64,000 nt of DNA from Lama glama (Eukaryota): the NCBI GenBank assembly GCA_028534125.1, contig CM052816.1:67644001-67708000 (forward strand). The letters are read 5' to 3'. Shown piece after piece: positions 37,155 to 49,869 of the stretch (its first letter is position 1; the number at the start of each line of letters is the position of its first letter). The notes beneath the pieces are model-generated. The model saw nothing but the letters and a program-made list of their open reading frames with translations. It was not told the origin of the DNA and did no database searches. The position numbers were made by a program, and so were the translations under genes.

Positions 37155-38650
37155 GAGTTCAACAAATAATATATTGAGCCCCTACTGTATCTCAGGCTGT
37201 AATGTAGGAGACAAGATACTAAACACATAAATAATATTAGACAGTGGTTAGTGCCCTCAGGAAAATGAAGTAGGGTACTGAGAAGAGAGGGGCACAGATA
37301 ACTTGTGAGTGTGTGTGTGTGTGTGATCTGTTTCCTCCTGGGATTTCATTCTCTTTATAAGGGTCACTTGGGGTCAGAATAGGGATAGCAAGATTGGATA
37401 GGGTGGTGCCATATATGATTGAGAAGGCATCAAACTTGGGAAGGTCTGTGGGGAGAGTCTCTGGATAGAAAATGCAAAGGCACTGAGGTGGGGAGAAGCT
37501 TGATGTGTTAAGGAAGGAAAAGAAGTCCATGTGGCTGGAACATGGTGCCAGCAGAGAAGGGAAAGATAAAGTCAGGGAAGAGGTGAAATCATGTAGGGCC
37601 TTGCAGGCTTGGGTGAGGATTTTTCTTAGTGTAGTGGGAAGCCCTTGGAGGATTGTAAGCAGAAGAGAGATATCTATTTCTTGTTTTTAAAAGATCACTG
37701 AGCATTTTATATGTAATAGATGGGCAGTCACCACACAAGGAAGGTTAATTAGGAGACTAATACAGTAGTTCAGGTGAGAAATAATGATAGCTTGGACTAG
37801 AGTGGTAGCTGTGGAGATGGAGAGGGTGATTAGATTATATTTTGGAGGAGTTGACAGAATGTGCTGATGGATTGGATGTGGGAGGGTGAAGTTTTGAAAT
37901 GCCTATGAGAGGAATGTCAAGTAACTAGTTGAATATCCACACTTGGTGCTTTGAAGTGAAGCCATAGCTGGCGATAAAATTGAATCATCAGCTAGAGGAC
38001 TGGATGAGACCACCTAGAAAGAAAGAGGAGATGGCAAAGAACATAGATTGAGCAGTGAACATAAGTTTTGCAAGATGCAGGTCCATGATGACGTGCTCAA
38101 AAGCAGTTTTGGTGAAAAGTTTGAGTGTGAATGTGTTGAGAAAAAGTGAGGGGAAGAAGGAGAAACAAATGTACATAACTCTTTCAGTAAGTTCTACTGA
38201 AAGAGGGGCAGAGAAATAGGGCCAAAGGTGAAGAGAAATTTTGTAAGTTGAAAGATCTTCTAAGCAGATTTATGTGCTGATGAGAATGATCCAACAGAAA
38301 GAAAGATACTGAGGTAGATGTATGAGTAATTTCCAGAATAAAGTCCTTGAGAAGGTGGGAGCTGATTCAGAGCATAAATGGAGAGGTTGTCCTCTGACAG
38401 GAGCAGGGATGCATCCTCAACTGTAGCAAGAGGGAAGGAAGAGAATGTGGGCTTAGGAGAAAGTATATTAGTGAATTTGGATGGAGAAAATTGAGGGCAA
38501 ATCTATGAGTAATCTATGAGGCAAGATCTTCAACTGAGAATAGATAAGGGGGAATATTAGAGGTTTGAGATGAGAAGATAAGATGTAAAACAGCCCAGAA
38601 TTGGAAAGTCAACCTTGTAGGAAAATGCAGGAGGGAATCGCTCTGCTATT
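37155..38650 (-). mobile_element. L2 LINE remnant
   Basis: ttcaacaaata...attgagcccctactgt L2 3'-end signature followed by purine-rich L2-like body. Confidence 0.7.
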
Positions 38651-39209
38651 TTGAGTGAACTTACCAATGTTTATCTGCTCCTGGGCAAGCAAGGAGGGGT
38701 CCTTTTCCCTCTTCAGAGGAGGGAGTTAAGGTTTTCTGTCTATGGAAAGTGATGAAAAGACAGAGTTTATGTTGACAAACTAGCAGATATTCAAACATTT
38801 TATTAAATCCTGGCAATATTTATCCACTTTTAATATTTTTTATGAGCAGAATCAGTAAATAGCTTAGAGCCTTGACATTGTCTAAGAAAGAAGTGTTTTT
38901 CAAACTATAAGCTGGAGGACAGGCTTACTTTGTATGAATCATGATTTCACAGTTCTCTGCTGGAAGAGAGATGATATTTAAAGTTGGTGAGTATTCTGGA
39001 GGGCATTTTAATAACTGGCAAATATTTATTCAGTGATAACTGGGAGCCTAGGTACAGCTTCAAAAGATTACAGTCTAGTTGGAAAAACACATAATTAAGA
39101 AAAATTAAATATTAATTACCATAGAATTTCAGTGTGAGTTCCTGGAGTTAAGGAGTGCTTCAAAGAGAAATAGGCAGAAAAAAGTTGGAAGGGGAGGGAT
39201 AGCATAAAC

Positions 39210-39720
39210 CAGCAGTTCTCAAAGTGTGGCCTAGGGACACTGGGGGTCCCTACGACCTTTTTAGACATCTTCAAGGACAAAATTATTTTCATAATAGTAC
39301 TAAGATGTTATTTGTCTTTATTTATTCCCATTCTCTCACAAGGGTACAGTGGAGTTTTCTAGGGGTTACATGATATGTGATAGGACAGATCGAATGCAGA
39401 AGCAGAAACTAGAATCCAGCTGTCTTTTATTAAGCCAGAAATAAAACAGATTTGCAAAAATATTAAAAATGCCATTCTTTTCACTATTTGCTGGGGGATT
39501 TAGCTGTTTTTCTTAAAGACATTACCCATATTAACATGTAATAGTTTTTAAATTGTTATTCTTAATGAATTAATAAATAAATATTTAAAAATTGATCAGT
39601 TTTAATATAATATAGTATATATCAATAGATATAACCGACATAAACAAAAGCTCTTTGTGGATTCTCAGTAATTTTTAAAGGTTTAATGGGATCTGAAGAC
39701 AAAAAATTTGAGAATCGAAT
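39210..39720. mobile_element. hAT-Charlie-type non-autonomous DNA transposon
   Basis: Terminal inverted repeats cagcagttctcaaa ... tttgagaa; body resembles Charlie elements (from memory). Confidence 0.7.
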
Positions 39721-39756
39721 CAACTGTTAGAACTACATATTGTGATGCAAAAAAAT

Positions 39757-39901
39757 TTTTTTGGTTTTTTTTTTTTGGGGGTAGTTAGGTTTGTTTATTC
39801 ACTTATTTATTTGCTTATTTATTTAACAGAGGTACTGGGGATTGAACCCAGGGCCTAATGCATGCTAAGCATGTGCTCTACCAGTGAGCTATTCTCTCCC
39901 C
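39757..39901 (-). mobile_element. tRNA-derived SINE (Vic-1-like)
   Basis: Same body; TSD tgtgatgcaaaa at 39741-39752 and 39902-39913. Confidence 0.9.
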
Positions 39902-40355
39902 TGTGATGCAAAATTTTGAGAAGGAAAGTATGCAACAAGGCATTTCACTAACTTCAGATATTGAAGTTAATGTCAATTCTATGAATTACAGTAGTATATT
40001 GCATATTGATAAAATCAGACACAAAGTATTTTGAGGTTATTTTGTGCTTCAGGATACAAAATACTGCATTAAAAGAAGAAAAAAAACAGTCTCTGCTAGT
40101 CTGTGAATTAGCAAAAGCCACCTCTTCCTCTGGCCTCTTTACTGCCATCTAGTGGAAAATAATTATAATAAATATACAAATATTTAAGACTAGTGTGAAT
40201 GATGTCCCAGAGAGTTAGGAAATAAATTTTTTAGGCAGAGTAAGGTCAGACCATCAGAAATCTTGAGATATGCAGTAGGTAGCCATTGAAGGTTCTTAAA
40301 TGGAGTGCTAGAATGTAGGAATAGTTTGGGAAGCTCAGAGGAACAGTGGCTGGCA

Positions 40356-40420
40356 GGATAGATGGATGGGTGGGTGGGTAGATGGATGGTGTACGGATGG
40401 TGGATGGATAGGTAGGTAGC
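40356..40420. repeat. Imperfect (GGAT/GGGT/AGGT)n tetranucleotide repeat
   Basis: ggatagatggatgggtgggtgggtagatggatgg...ggataggtaggtag. Confidence 0.85.
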
Positions 40421-40919
40421 TGGACAGCCATCCAAGAGCAGGGTGGTCTTGAGAACGGGAGACTAGGAAAGAAGGCTCAAGTGTCTTGATACAGCCTCTC
40501 CTTAGTTGTAGCTGTTACTCTTGCCATAAACGGGCATGGGAGAATAGGGATGTCCTGTTATAGATGAACGCTGAGTCTAGGTTTTTGATTAGAAAAATGA
40601 AATAATTGCCTTGAGTTTTTCAGTTTTCTGAGAGGAACACTGAGATAACTGCTTTGTTTCTGAAAGAGAGGTGAGGTAAAGTCTGATTTTCAGATATTTG
40701 GCAAAGTTAACATACTGTTCAGATCATTCTTTAATTAAAGAAAAGTTTTACTCTGCTGCCCTCTTCTGGATGTTGTGTAATTCTCTAAATAATTCCGCTG
40801 AATTGCCACTGAAATACAGGAACTCAGCTGCAAGAAAAAGAAATAGAGAAAATGGATATCAAGATAAAATGCAAAAAGAAATAAAACCAAACCAAAGACT
40901 ATTCATACAGAAATATTTT

Positions 40920-42720
40920 CCCAACTTTTTATTTTGAAAATTTCTAACCTACAGAAAAGTGCAGTGAACAACCATATATCTGTTACATAGTTTCATCAGT
41001 TGTTAATGTTTTGCAACATTTCCCCTTCCCTTCCCTTTCTCTATATATGTATATGTATGTATATGTGTATGTACATATGTTTATATGTGTGTTTATGTAC
41101 ACATATATGACATTTTCTACATAATAACAGTACCATTATATCTTTAAAAAAGAACTGTGATTCATTATTATGAATATGTAGTTTATATTTAAATTTCCCT
41201 AATTTCAAAAATACCTTTTATAGCTGTTTGTTCTTTTGTTATTTGCTTTTAAAATTGGATCAAAGTCTAATTTAATCTACCCCCTGCTTTTATTTGTTTT
41301 TCATGACATAAAACTTATAAGGAGACACAACATTGTAAAATGACTATAACTCAATAAAAATGTTTTTAAAAAAACTTATAAAAAAAAACTTATAAGGGAA
41401 TCAGGCCTGGTGTCTTGTATAATTTCTGTGTTCAGCATTTTCTGATTGTTTCCTCATAATTCAATTCAATTCATTTTTGGCAATATATATGTATATTTAT
41501 GATATCTATGATATTAGATGTTTATGATATATATCATATATGAAATGTACTTCTTACTGTATCACATCATGAGTCATATCATTTCAGGCTGTCCCACCAT
41601 TTTTTTTCAACATTTTTTATTTAGTTATAGTCATTTTACAATGTTGTGTCAAATTCCAGTGTAGAGCACAATTTTTCAGTTATACATGAACATACATATA
41701 TTCATTGTCACATTTTTTTTTCGCTGTGAGCTACCACAAGATCTTATATATATTTCCCTGTGCTATACAGTATAATCTTGTTTATCTATTCTACATATGC
41801 CTGTCAGTATCTACAAATTTTGAACTCTCAGTCTATCCCTTCCCACCCTCCTCCCCCTTGGCAACCACAAATTTGTATTCTATGTCTATGAGTCTGTTTC
41901 TGGCCCACCATTGTTGATTCTAAATGTAGCACTTTTTTAAAGTGACAACTAATAGACTTCCAGTAATCTCAAAATGCTCTGTGGCCGTGTGAATGTCCCT
42001 TTTCCCAACAACATTTCACTCACTGATCAGCCAGGATTTTTGCCTAAGTCAGTTATACTGGAGTTCACAAAGTGATGTATTTCTAGTCCTGTCCCCCTTT
42101 CTATATTTGTTAGATAGTTTATTAGCTGACATTCTTCTGTGAAGAACAGCTTTCCCTTTCTCATTCTCTGCCCTCAAATAATCACCATGGGCTCATGATT
42201 TTTTTTTAATTTAGTGTATTAATATCATTATTCCATTTGATAATCAAATTGTCCCAGACTTGTTCTGTAGGAATCCTATCAAGCTGTGTCCTTTTGATAT
42301 GTCCCCATTAGTCTTATGTACTAGGCTCACTTTCTATTTTATTGTTCAAGATCTGGAACCAGCCATTTATATAAGGAGCCCTGTTTTTTTATTTAGGGAG
42401 TCAGCCTTAGAAGCCAAGATCTAGGAGCTAGGTGTGATCATTGTTACTAAAACTGTATTTGAAAAACCATGAATTCATATCCAGTTGCAATTTGATGTCT
42501 TTGGTATCATTTGATTTTCTCTTCCTTCTCCCATTCATATCTGGCTTCCTTCTCCCACAGTGAAAACCCTATTTCCTAATGACATCAACGTATTTACTTA
42601 CTTACTCTATCCCATAATACACAAAATACTTTCAGAATTACAATACCATTACCAAAACCAAATATTTCATTGCTTTCTTTTTGTTCTTTGAATATATCCC
42701 ACTAAATGTATAGTCAGAAA
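40920..42720 (-). mobile_element. Ancient L1 (L1MC/ME-like) 3' region with younger nested L1 3' fragments
   Basis: tttattttgaaaatttc...acagaaaagt 3' end; nested L1 41602-41903 with TSD cccaccatt; tiny plus-strand L1 tip 41323-41384. Confidence 0.7.
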
Positions 42721-43010
42721 ACTGTATTAGTCAGAAATCAACTATATTTTTTTAGTCTTTGCCATTTTGTTCAACAGATCTAAGTTGACTATATTAGCTC
42801 TTACATTAGTCACAGAGGTAACAGAAATAAATAAGATACTGTTCCTATAGCTGCAAAACTCAGTCTCACAGAATAAAAATGACCAGTAACCCAAACATTA
42901 TAGTACAGCAAGGGAAGGACCAAAAGAAGTTGACTTACGAGTGCTAAAGCATTACAGGAGAAAATCATCTAACACAGCATGGGTAGGGGTGACTTCCTAG
43001 AGAGATTAAG

Positions 43011-43110
43011 NNNNNNNNNNNNNNNNNNNNNNNNNNNNNNNNNNNNNNNNNNNNNNNNNNNNNNNNNNNNNNNNNNNNNNNNNNNNNNNNNNNNNNNNNN
43101 NNNNNNNNNN
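43011..43110. other. Assembly gap (100 N)
   Basis: Run of exactly 100 n, the usual placeholder for a gap of unknown size. Confidence 0.99.
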
Positions 43111-45041
43111 TTTCAAATATACAATACAGTACTGTTAACTGTAGTCACCATAATGTACATTACATCCCCAGGACTTACGTTGTCACTGGAAGTTTGTAAC
43201 TTTTAACTACCGTCATCTACTTGTGCGACCTACCCAGCCTCCACTGGTGGCAACCACCAATCTGTTGTCTGTGTATGTGAGGTTTTCTTTTTTCTCAATT
43301 TCACATATAACTGAGATCATACAGTATTTGTCATTCTCTGTCTGATTTATTTCACTTAACATAATGCCCTCAAGGTTCATCCATGTTGTAGCAAATGGCA
43401 GGGTTTTAGTCTTTTTTATAGCTGAATAATATTTCATTGTACATTTATACCACATTTTCTTTATCCATTTACCCATCCATGGACACTTGGATTGTTTCTA
43501 TGTCTTGGCTGTTGTAAATAATGCTGTAACAAATGCAGGAGTTCAAATATCTTTTCGAGATAGTAATTTGGTTTCCTTTGGTTACATATCCAGAAGTGGA
43601 ATTGCGGGATCATATGGTAGTACTATTTTTAATTTTTTTGAGGAACCTCCATACTGTTTTCCATAGTGGCTGCACCAATTTACATTCCCACCAACAGTGC
43701 ACAAGGGTTTCCTTTTCTCCACATCCTTTCCAACACCTGTTATTTCTTGTCTCTTAGATTAGCCATTCTGACAGGGTAGGGTATGTGGTAATATCTCATT
43801 CTGGTTTTGATTTGCATTTCCCTGGTGATTAGTGATGTTGAGGACCTTTGCATTTACCTGTTGACTATTTGGATGTCTTTGGAAAGATCTCTGTTCAGAT
43901 TTTCTGCTCATTTAAAAAATTAGATTGTTTTTTGCTATTCATTTTTATGGGGCCCTTGTATATCTTGGGCATTAACCCCTTACTGGACATATGATTTGCA
44001 GATATTTTCTCCCATTCAGCAGCTAGTCTTCTCATTTTGTTGATGGTTTCCTCTCCTGTGCAGAAGCTTTTTAGTTTGATGTAGTCCTACTTGTTTATTT
44101 TTGCTGTTGTTGCCTTTGCTTTTGGTGTCAGATCCAAAAAATCATTGACAAGGCTGATGTTAAGGACACTACTGCCTGTGTTTTCTTTGAGGAGTTTTAT
44201 GGTTTCAGGTCTTACATTCAAGTCTTTAATCCACCTTGAGATAATTTTTGTGTATGGTGTAAGATAGTCCAGTTTCACTCTTTTGCATGCAGCTGTCCAT
44301 TTTTCCCAACACTGTTTGTTGAGCAGACTATCATTTCCCCATTGTGTATTCCTTACTCTTTTGTCTTAATAATCTATCCATGACCTAAGTGGGGTATTAA
44401 AGTCTCCTACTGTTATCATATTGTTGTCAGTTTCTTCCTTTAGGTCTGTTAACATTTGCTTTGTATATTTAGGTGCTCCCATGTTGGGTACATAAGTATT
44501 TATAAATGTTATATCTTCTTGTTGGATTGGCCCCTTTATCATTATGCAAAGACCTTCTTTGTCTTTTATTACAGTCTTTGTTTTAAAGTTTATTTTGTCT
44601 GTTATAAATGTATCTATCCCAGATTTCTTTTGGTTTCTGTTTGTGTGGAATATCTTTTTCCATCCCTTCACTTTCCATATATTGTGCCGTTACATGTGGA
44701 ATTAGTCTCTTAGAGGCAGCATATAGCTGGGCCTTGTGTTTTGTTTTGTTTTGTTTTTTTAAATCCATTCAGCCACTCTGTGTCTTTTGATTAGAGAATT
44801 TATTCCATTTACTTTTAAAGTAATTATTGACAGGTATATACTTATTGCCTGGTTTTCTGGTTGTTTTGCAGTTCCTCTCTGTTCTTTTTTTCTTCTCTTG
44901 CTCTCTCCCCTTTGGTTGTATAATATCCTTTAGTATTATGCTTAGACTTTTTTTTTTATTATCCTTTGTATATCTACTATATGTTTTTGCTTTATGGTTA
45001 CTTTGAGGCTCTTACATAACAGTTTACATATATAACAGTCT

Positions 45042-45213
45042 TTTATTTTATTTTAATTTTTTAAAAAGTTATTTATTTATTTTTTTCAGGGGGTAGGTAA
45101 TTAGGTTTATGTATTTATTTATTTGGTTTTTCAAATGGAGGTATTGGGAATGGAACCCAGGACCTCGTGCATGCTAAGCATGTGCTCTACCACTTTGAGC
45201 TATACCCTCCCCC
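45042..45213 (-). mobile_element. tRNA-derived SINE (Vic-1-like) nested in L1
   Basis: Same body; TSD aacagtct at 45034-45041 and 45216-45223. Confidence 0.88.
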
Positions 45214-46259
45214 ACAACAGTCTATTTTGAGTTAATAGCAACTTAAGTTTGAATGCATTTGAAAACTGCATTTTTAGTCCGCACATTTTGTTTTTAATGT
45301 CAGATTTTATATCTTTTTATTTTGTGTCTCCCTTAACTGATTATGGTAGTTGTAGTTATTTTCACTACTTCTGTCTTTTAATTTTCATACTGGCTTTATA
45401 AGTAATTAACCCACAACCTTTACTGTATTTACTTTTACCAGCGAGATTTATGCTTTCAAATGTTTTCTTGTTACTAATCAACACCCTTTCTTTTCAGCTT
45501 AAAGAAGCCCTTTTAACGTTTCTTATAAGGCTAGGTTAGTGGTGATGGATTCCTTTAGCTTTTTCTTGTATGGAAAACTCTATCTGTCTCCTTCAATTCT
45601 AAATGATAACCTTGCTGGGTAGAGTATTCTTGATTAGAGGTTTTTTTCCCTTTCATCGCTTTGAATATATTAAGCCACTCACTTCTGCCCTGCCAATTTT
45701 CTGCTGAAAAATCTGCTCATAGCCTTATGGGGATTTCTTCATATATGACAAGTTGTTTTTCTCTTGCAGCTTTTAAAATTCTTTCTTTAACTTTTGACAT
45801 TTTAATTTTAATGTTTTTTGTTGTGAATTTTTTTGTCCTTTTTGTGAATTTTGTTGTGGATTCATCTTCTTTGGAACTCTCTGGACTTCCTGGATCTAGA
45901 TGGCTTTTCTCCTTCTGGTTAGGGAAGTTTTCAGCCATTTTTTCTTTAAATAAATTTTCTATCCCTTTCTTCGTCTCTTCTCCTTCTGGCACCCCTATAA
46001 TGTGAATGTTATTCTACTTGATGTTATCCCGTAGGTCCCTTAAGCTATTTCACTTTTTAAAAATAATTTTTTTCTGAGTGAGTTCCACTGCCCTGTATTC
46101 TAGTCATTGATCCTTTCTTCTGCTTCATCTAGTCTGCTGTGAACCCATCTAGTGTAGTTTTCAGTTTTATTGTATTGTTCAGCTCTGTGACATCTATTTC
46201 ATACTTTCTTATATTTTCTGTCTTTGTTGAAATTTTCATTGTATTCATCCATTCGTCTC

Positions 46260-46776
46260 TGTTGGAGAATGGAGGAAATGAAGAGTGCCCACTGAACTGA
46301 GAAGACATCTTGAGGCTGAAAAACAAGCCAGGCAGCTCTGTATCATCAGTGGATCAGTTTATTATTGGGTGACTTACTCACAGGGTAAGGTCTGGATCAG
46401 ATGGACAAGGATCTGGAAGCATTCGCAGCTGCACTCTGCACTACCAAGGGGCCATTGGGACAATTTGTAGTTAACCTAGGGTATGGCTGTAGGTGCTTGG
46501 TAACAGGATGTGCATTCCTAAGTTAAGATATATGATTGGGTCACTAGTCTTGTGGGCACCAGGAATACATCAGGGATGGTTTTCATCATTGTCTGGGGAT
46601 TAACAGCATAGAGGCTACCTGGTCCTAGTGATTATTAAACAATATGTCCTAACTACGAGGCCCTTGAACACAGAGAAGTGATTCATTTACACAGTACAGT
46701 CTTGGGTAAGGTCAGTGAAAGGACAGGAGAAACTGTAAGGGTCCAAGATGGCATCATTTATGCTAACAGCCATACA
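46260..46776 (-). mobile_element. Solo LTR (517 bp) inserted in L1 ORF1
   Basis: TG...CA ends; 5-bp TSD gtctc/atctc; AATAAA on minus at 46363-46358; L1 resumes in register. A 5-bp TSD suggests class III/ERVL. Confidence 0.82.
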
Positions 46777-48401
46777 ATCTCCCAAGTTCAGTGAGCATCT
46801 TTATGATCATCACTTTTAACTCTTTATCAGGTAAATTACTTATCTCCATTTTATTAAGATGTTTTTCTGAGGTTTTATCTTGTTCTTTTATTTGGAACAT
46901 ACTTCCATTTCCTCATTTTGCATTACTCTGTGGGTTTTTGTTTTTTTTTTAAATAGATGAAACATATACCTTTCTCAGACTTGAAGGCATGGTCTTGTGT
47001 TGGTTATGAATCTTATGTTTCAACCTTTTTCTAGCTCTTGGTTGTCTCTCAAACCTTTATTATTTTCTAAACAGCCTGGTTTATTTTTCATAAGTTCGAG
47101 TTGTTGAGGTGTGCCAAGAAACTCAGTGTTTCATACGGAGGGATCTCAGTTAGCCCCTAGTTTCAGGCTGATTGGAACCAGACACTCAGGCATTCACTTT
47201 TAAAGTTTGCAAATATATGCTGTCCTATAGGACCATCACTGTAAACCCTGCTTGCCTGCAGATGAGATGAAGTGTCCCTCTGGACAACAGCTACAAAAAT
47301 TGGAGCTTCAAATGAGTGTATAAGCTCCCTTCTGGGAGATTCCCATGAGCTGTAGAGAGGCTGAGGGAAAGCTCAAATATGGAGTCCCCTACCCTAGGTT
47401 CCCTGAGAGCACCTCCGTAGCTTCTAGATGTGTGGCAAACCTAAAGTCTGTCCCTCTGGCTGAAATTTAAGAACAAGTAAATAGGCGTTTTCCATAGAAA
47501 GAATGGAAGTGTGCTTCAGTCTGTTGTCTGTGTGGGTGGTAGACTGCTAAGAGCTGTCTCTCCAATTGTAACAGTCCGGTAGTTCCCAGGGACACAAGCC
47601 TCCTATCAGTGGGAGCATGCAGGCCTGGGGCACACCCCTCATCTTTAGTGGGGCAGCAGGAGTCCCCAGAGGCCTCTCCCCTTCTAAGTTGATGCCTTAT
47701 GATTGGCAAATGAATCTCTTTCACATAGGCATTTTTCAAACTGCTGCTTTTGCACTAGTCCCTAGGTGCACACGAGCCCTTTAAGAGAGGTATCCCAGTT
47801 CCACACAGCCCTTTCGGTCCCCTGGGCATGAGCCTCATGGGATTTTCCAAGCCAGACACACTGGGGGCTCATCTCTTCACTGTATGTCCCAAGGGTTGGC
47901 GGGGACTGTTACGGGGCACAAACCCCCACTCCTCAGGGAGAAGTTCTAGATTTTTGAGATCCCTCCTGATTTGTGGGTCACAGCACTGAGGGTAGGGTTT
48001 TTGTCTCAGCCTCTCCTGCCTGTATCAGTGTGGCCCTTTTATTATTTATTGTGAAGGAGCTGTTCAGTTAGTTTTCAGGCCTTTTACAGGGGGCAATTGT
48101 TCCATATATAGCTGTAGATTTGATGTGGCTGTAGAAAGAGGTGAGTTCAGGATCTTTCTACATTGTCATCCTGGACCACCTGTGTGTTTCCAATGTGTAA
48201 CCATCAAGAAATTACATGTAAAATCCAGATCTCCAGCTTCTTTTGAAAATTTAGAGGCTTTGGCAACACTGGTTTTTTTTTTTTTTTTCCATTTCGAATA
48301 TGGCCCTCCTTTTAACATGAACTTGGCATGAACTCTCAGGTCAGCCAAAAGCTCTGCTAAGGACACTTCTAGCCCCACAGGCATCTGTGATTTTTAGGTC
48401 A

Positions 48402-48600
48402 CTCATTCACTCATACAAATATATATTTTGCATCCAGTGTGCCTGGCACTGTTTCTGAACCGTTTACATGGGTTCTCTTGCTTCTCACAACACTGTTGCT
48501 TTCATTTTATAGATGTAGAAATGGAGGTTCAGAAAGTCAAAACAGGGGTTACACAACTGGCAGAGGCAGACCTAGATTAGACCCATGTGATGGCTCAGGC
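48402..48600 (-). mobile_element. MIR (with possible L2 tail)
   Basis: cattttatagatgtagaaatggaggttcaga MIR core. Confidence 0.6.
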
Positions 48601-49744
48601 TCTGTGGTCACCAGGTCCACCTTCATCACCTAATTTAAAAGGCCCATCCTTTCCTCCTTTATGCCAATTCAACATGAGATTTTTGCATACAGCACAAATT
48701 AAAAAAATGACAAACCTAAAAATTGTAATGGCATGGCAGATTGCATACATTTCTGTTTGTCACCATGTTCCCCAATGACAGCAGTATTTCATGCATTTTG
48801 TTTTATAACAAGTGAATTACTGTATCAGTTCACAAATGCATTCATTGGCATTTTTATATGAGCATGATACCCAATATTTTTCTAGATTCCACCTAACCTG
48901 CAGATTTGGTCATTTTATAAAACTATTAATATCATTTAAATAGAATCAAGGAATAATAGAATTAATTTATAAATTCCTGTGAAGCAGAAAGTATTAACCT
49001 CAAAGTTAATACTTTCCTGAAATGACTGAAGTGTGTCCTTTAGAAAAATATCCAGTGCCTATTTTAAAAATGTGCATTTAAAATCACATACAGAAAGTTT
49101 AAAACAAATGTAGAGACACAGAATGGCTTCTGAACTCACAGTTATTCAATGACAGTTACCTGTCTTGCAGGGTTGGATCATCTAGTTTCTGATTCAGCTT
49201 GATCATTTGTGAAACGACTACTGAGCAGAAATATGAAGGATAGAAGTGGAATCCAGCAGCTAACAACCACAAGGTACATACAATCTAAGACTAAAACTGT
49301 GGGGCAGGGCAAGTGAGTTTCCTGGTGCAGCCTGGATTGCAAAAAGATTGAAATTGTCTCAATTCCTCATTTATGAAATAGAGTATAATCACTGTGTTGC
49401 AAAGTATGCCTGACAAATAGTATCTGGTGAATAAATCTTTATTCTCATTCTCAACAGTTTAATATAAGAAGTTTTTTTTAATGCTTTTTTAGAAATGTCA
49501 TATGATATAGAAAGTTTTATGAACAATATCAATTAGGTTTAATCTGTGCTATCTGGGAACACTAATAGTATTTATGTGCATGTATATAACATGTCAAACT
49601 ACATAAAGTAGATTTTTAAAAGAGGTATAATTGTCAATGTTTTTTAAAAAGAATACTTTTTAAAAAAAGCTTTTCTTGTCAAAAAGCCCTTTTTTGTTTG
49701 TTTTAAATTACATACTCTTATTTTTTAAATTTCTATTTCTATAT

Positions 49745-49867
49745 TATTTTTTTTTTTAGGGTTAGGTAATTAGGTTTACTTATTTATTTCTAGAGGAGGT
49801 ACTGGGGATTGAACCCAGGACCTTGTGTATGCTAAGCATGTGCTCTTCCACTTGAACTATACCTTTC
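49745..49867 (-). mobile_element. tRNA-derived SINE (Vic-1-like)
   Basis: gaggaggtactggggattgaacccagg...cttgaactatacc with poly-T tail. Confidence 0.86.
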
Positions 49868-49869
49868 GC

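Larger units (their letters stand above)
43111..48180 (-). mobile_element. L1 with 5' UTR and ORF1 but most of ORF2 deleted
   Basis: 3' UTR/ORF2 C-terminus 43111-44365 joined directly to endonuclease region (ORF 44366..44671); ORF1 (45717..45992); 5' UTR to ~48180. Confidence 0.88.

Noticed and set aside
42979..43206. ORF spanning the N run
   Set aside because: Artefact of the assembly gap
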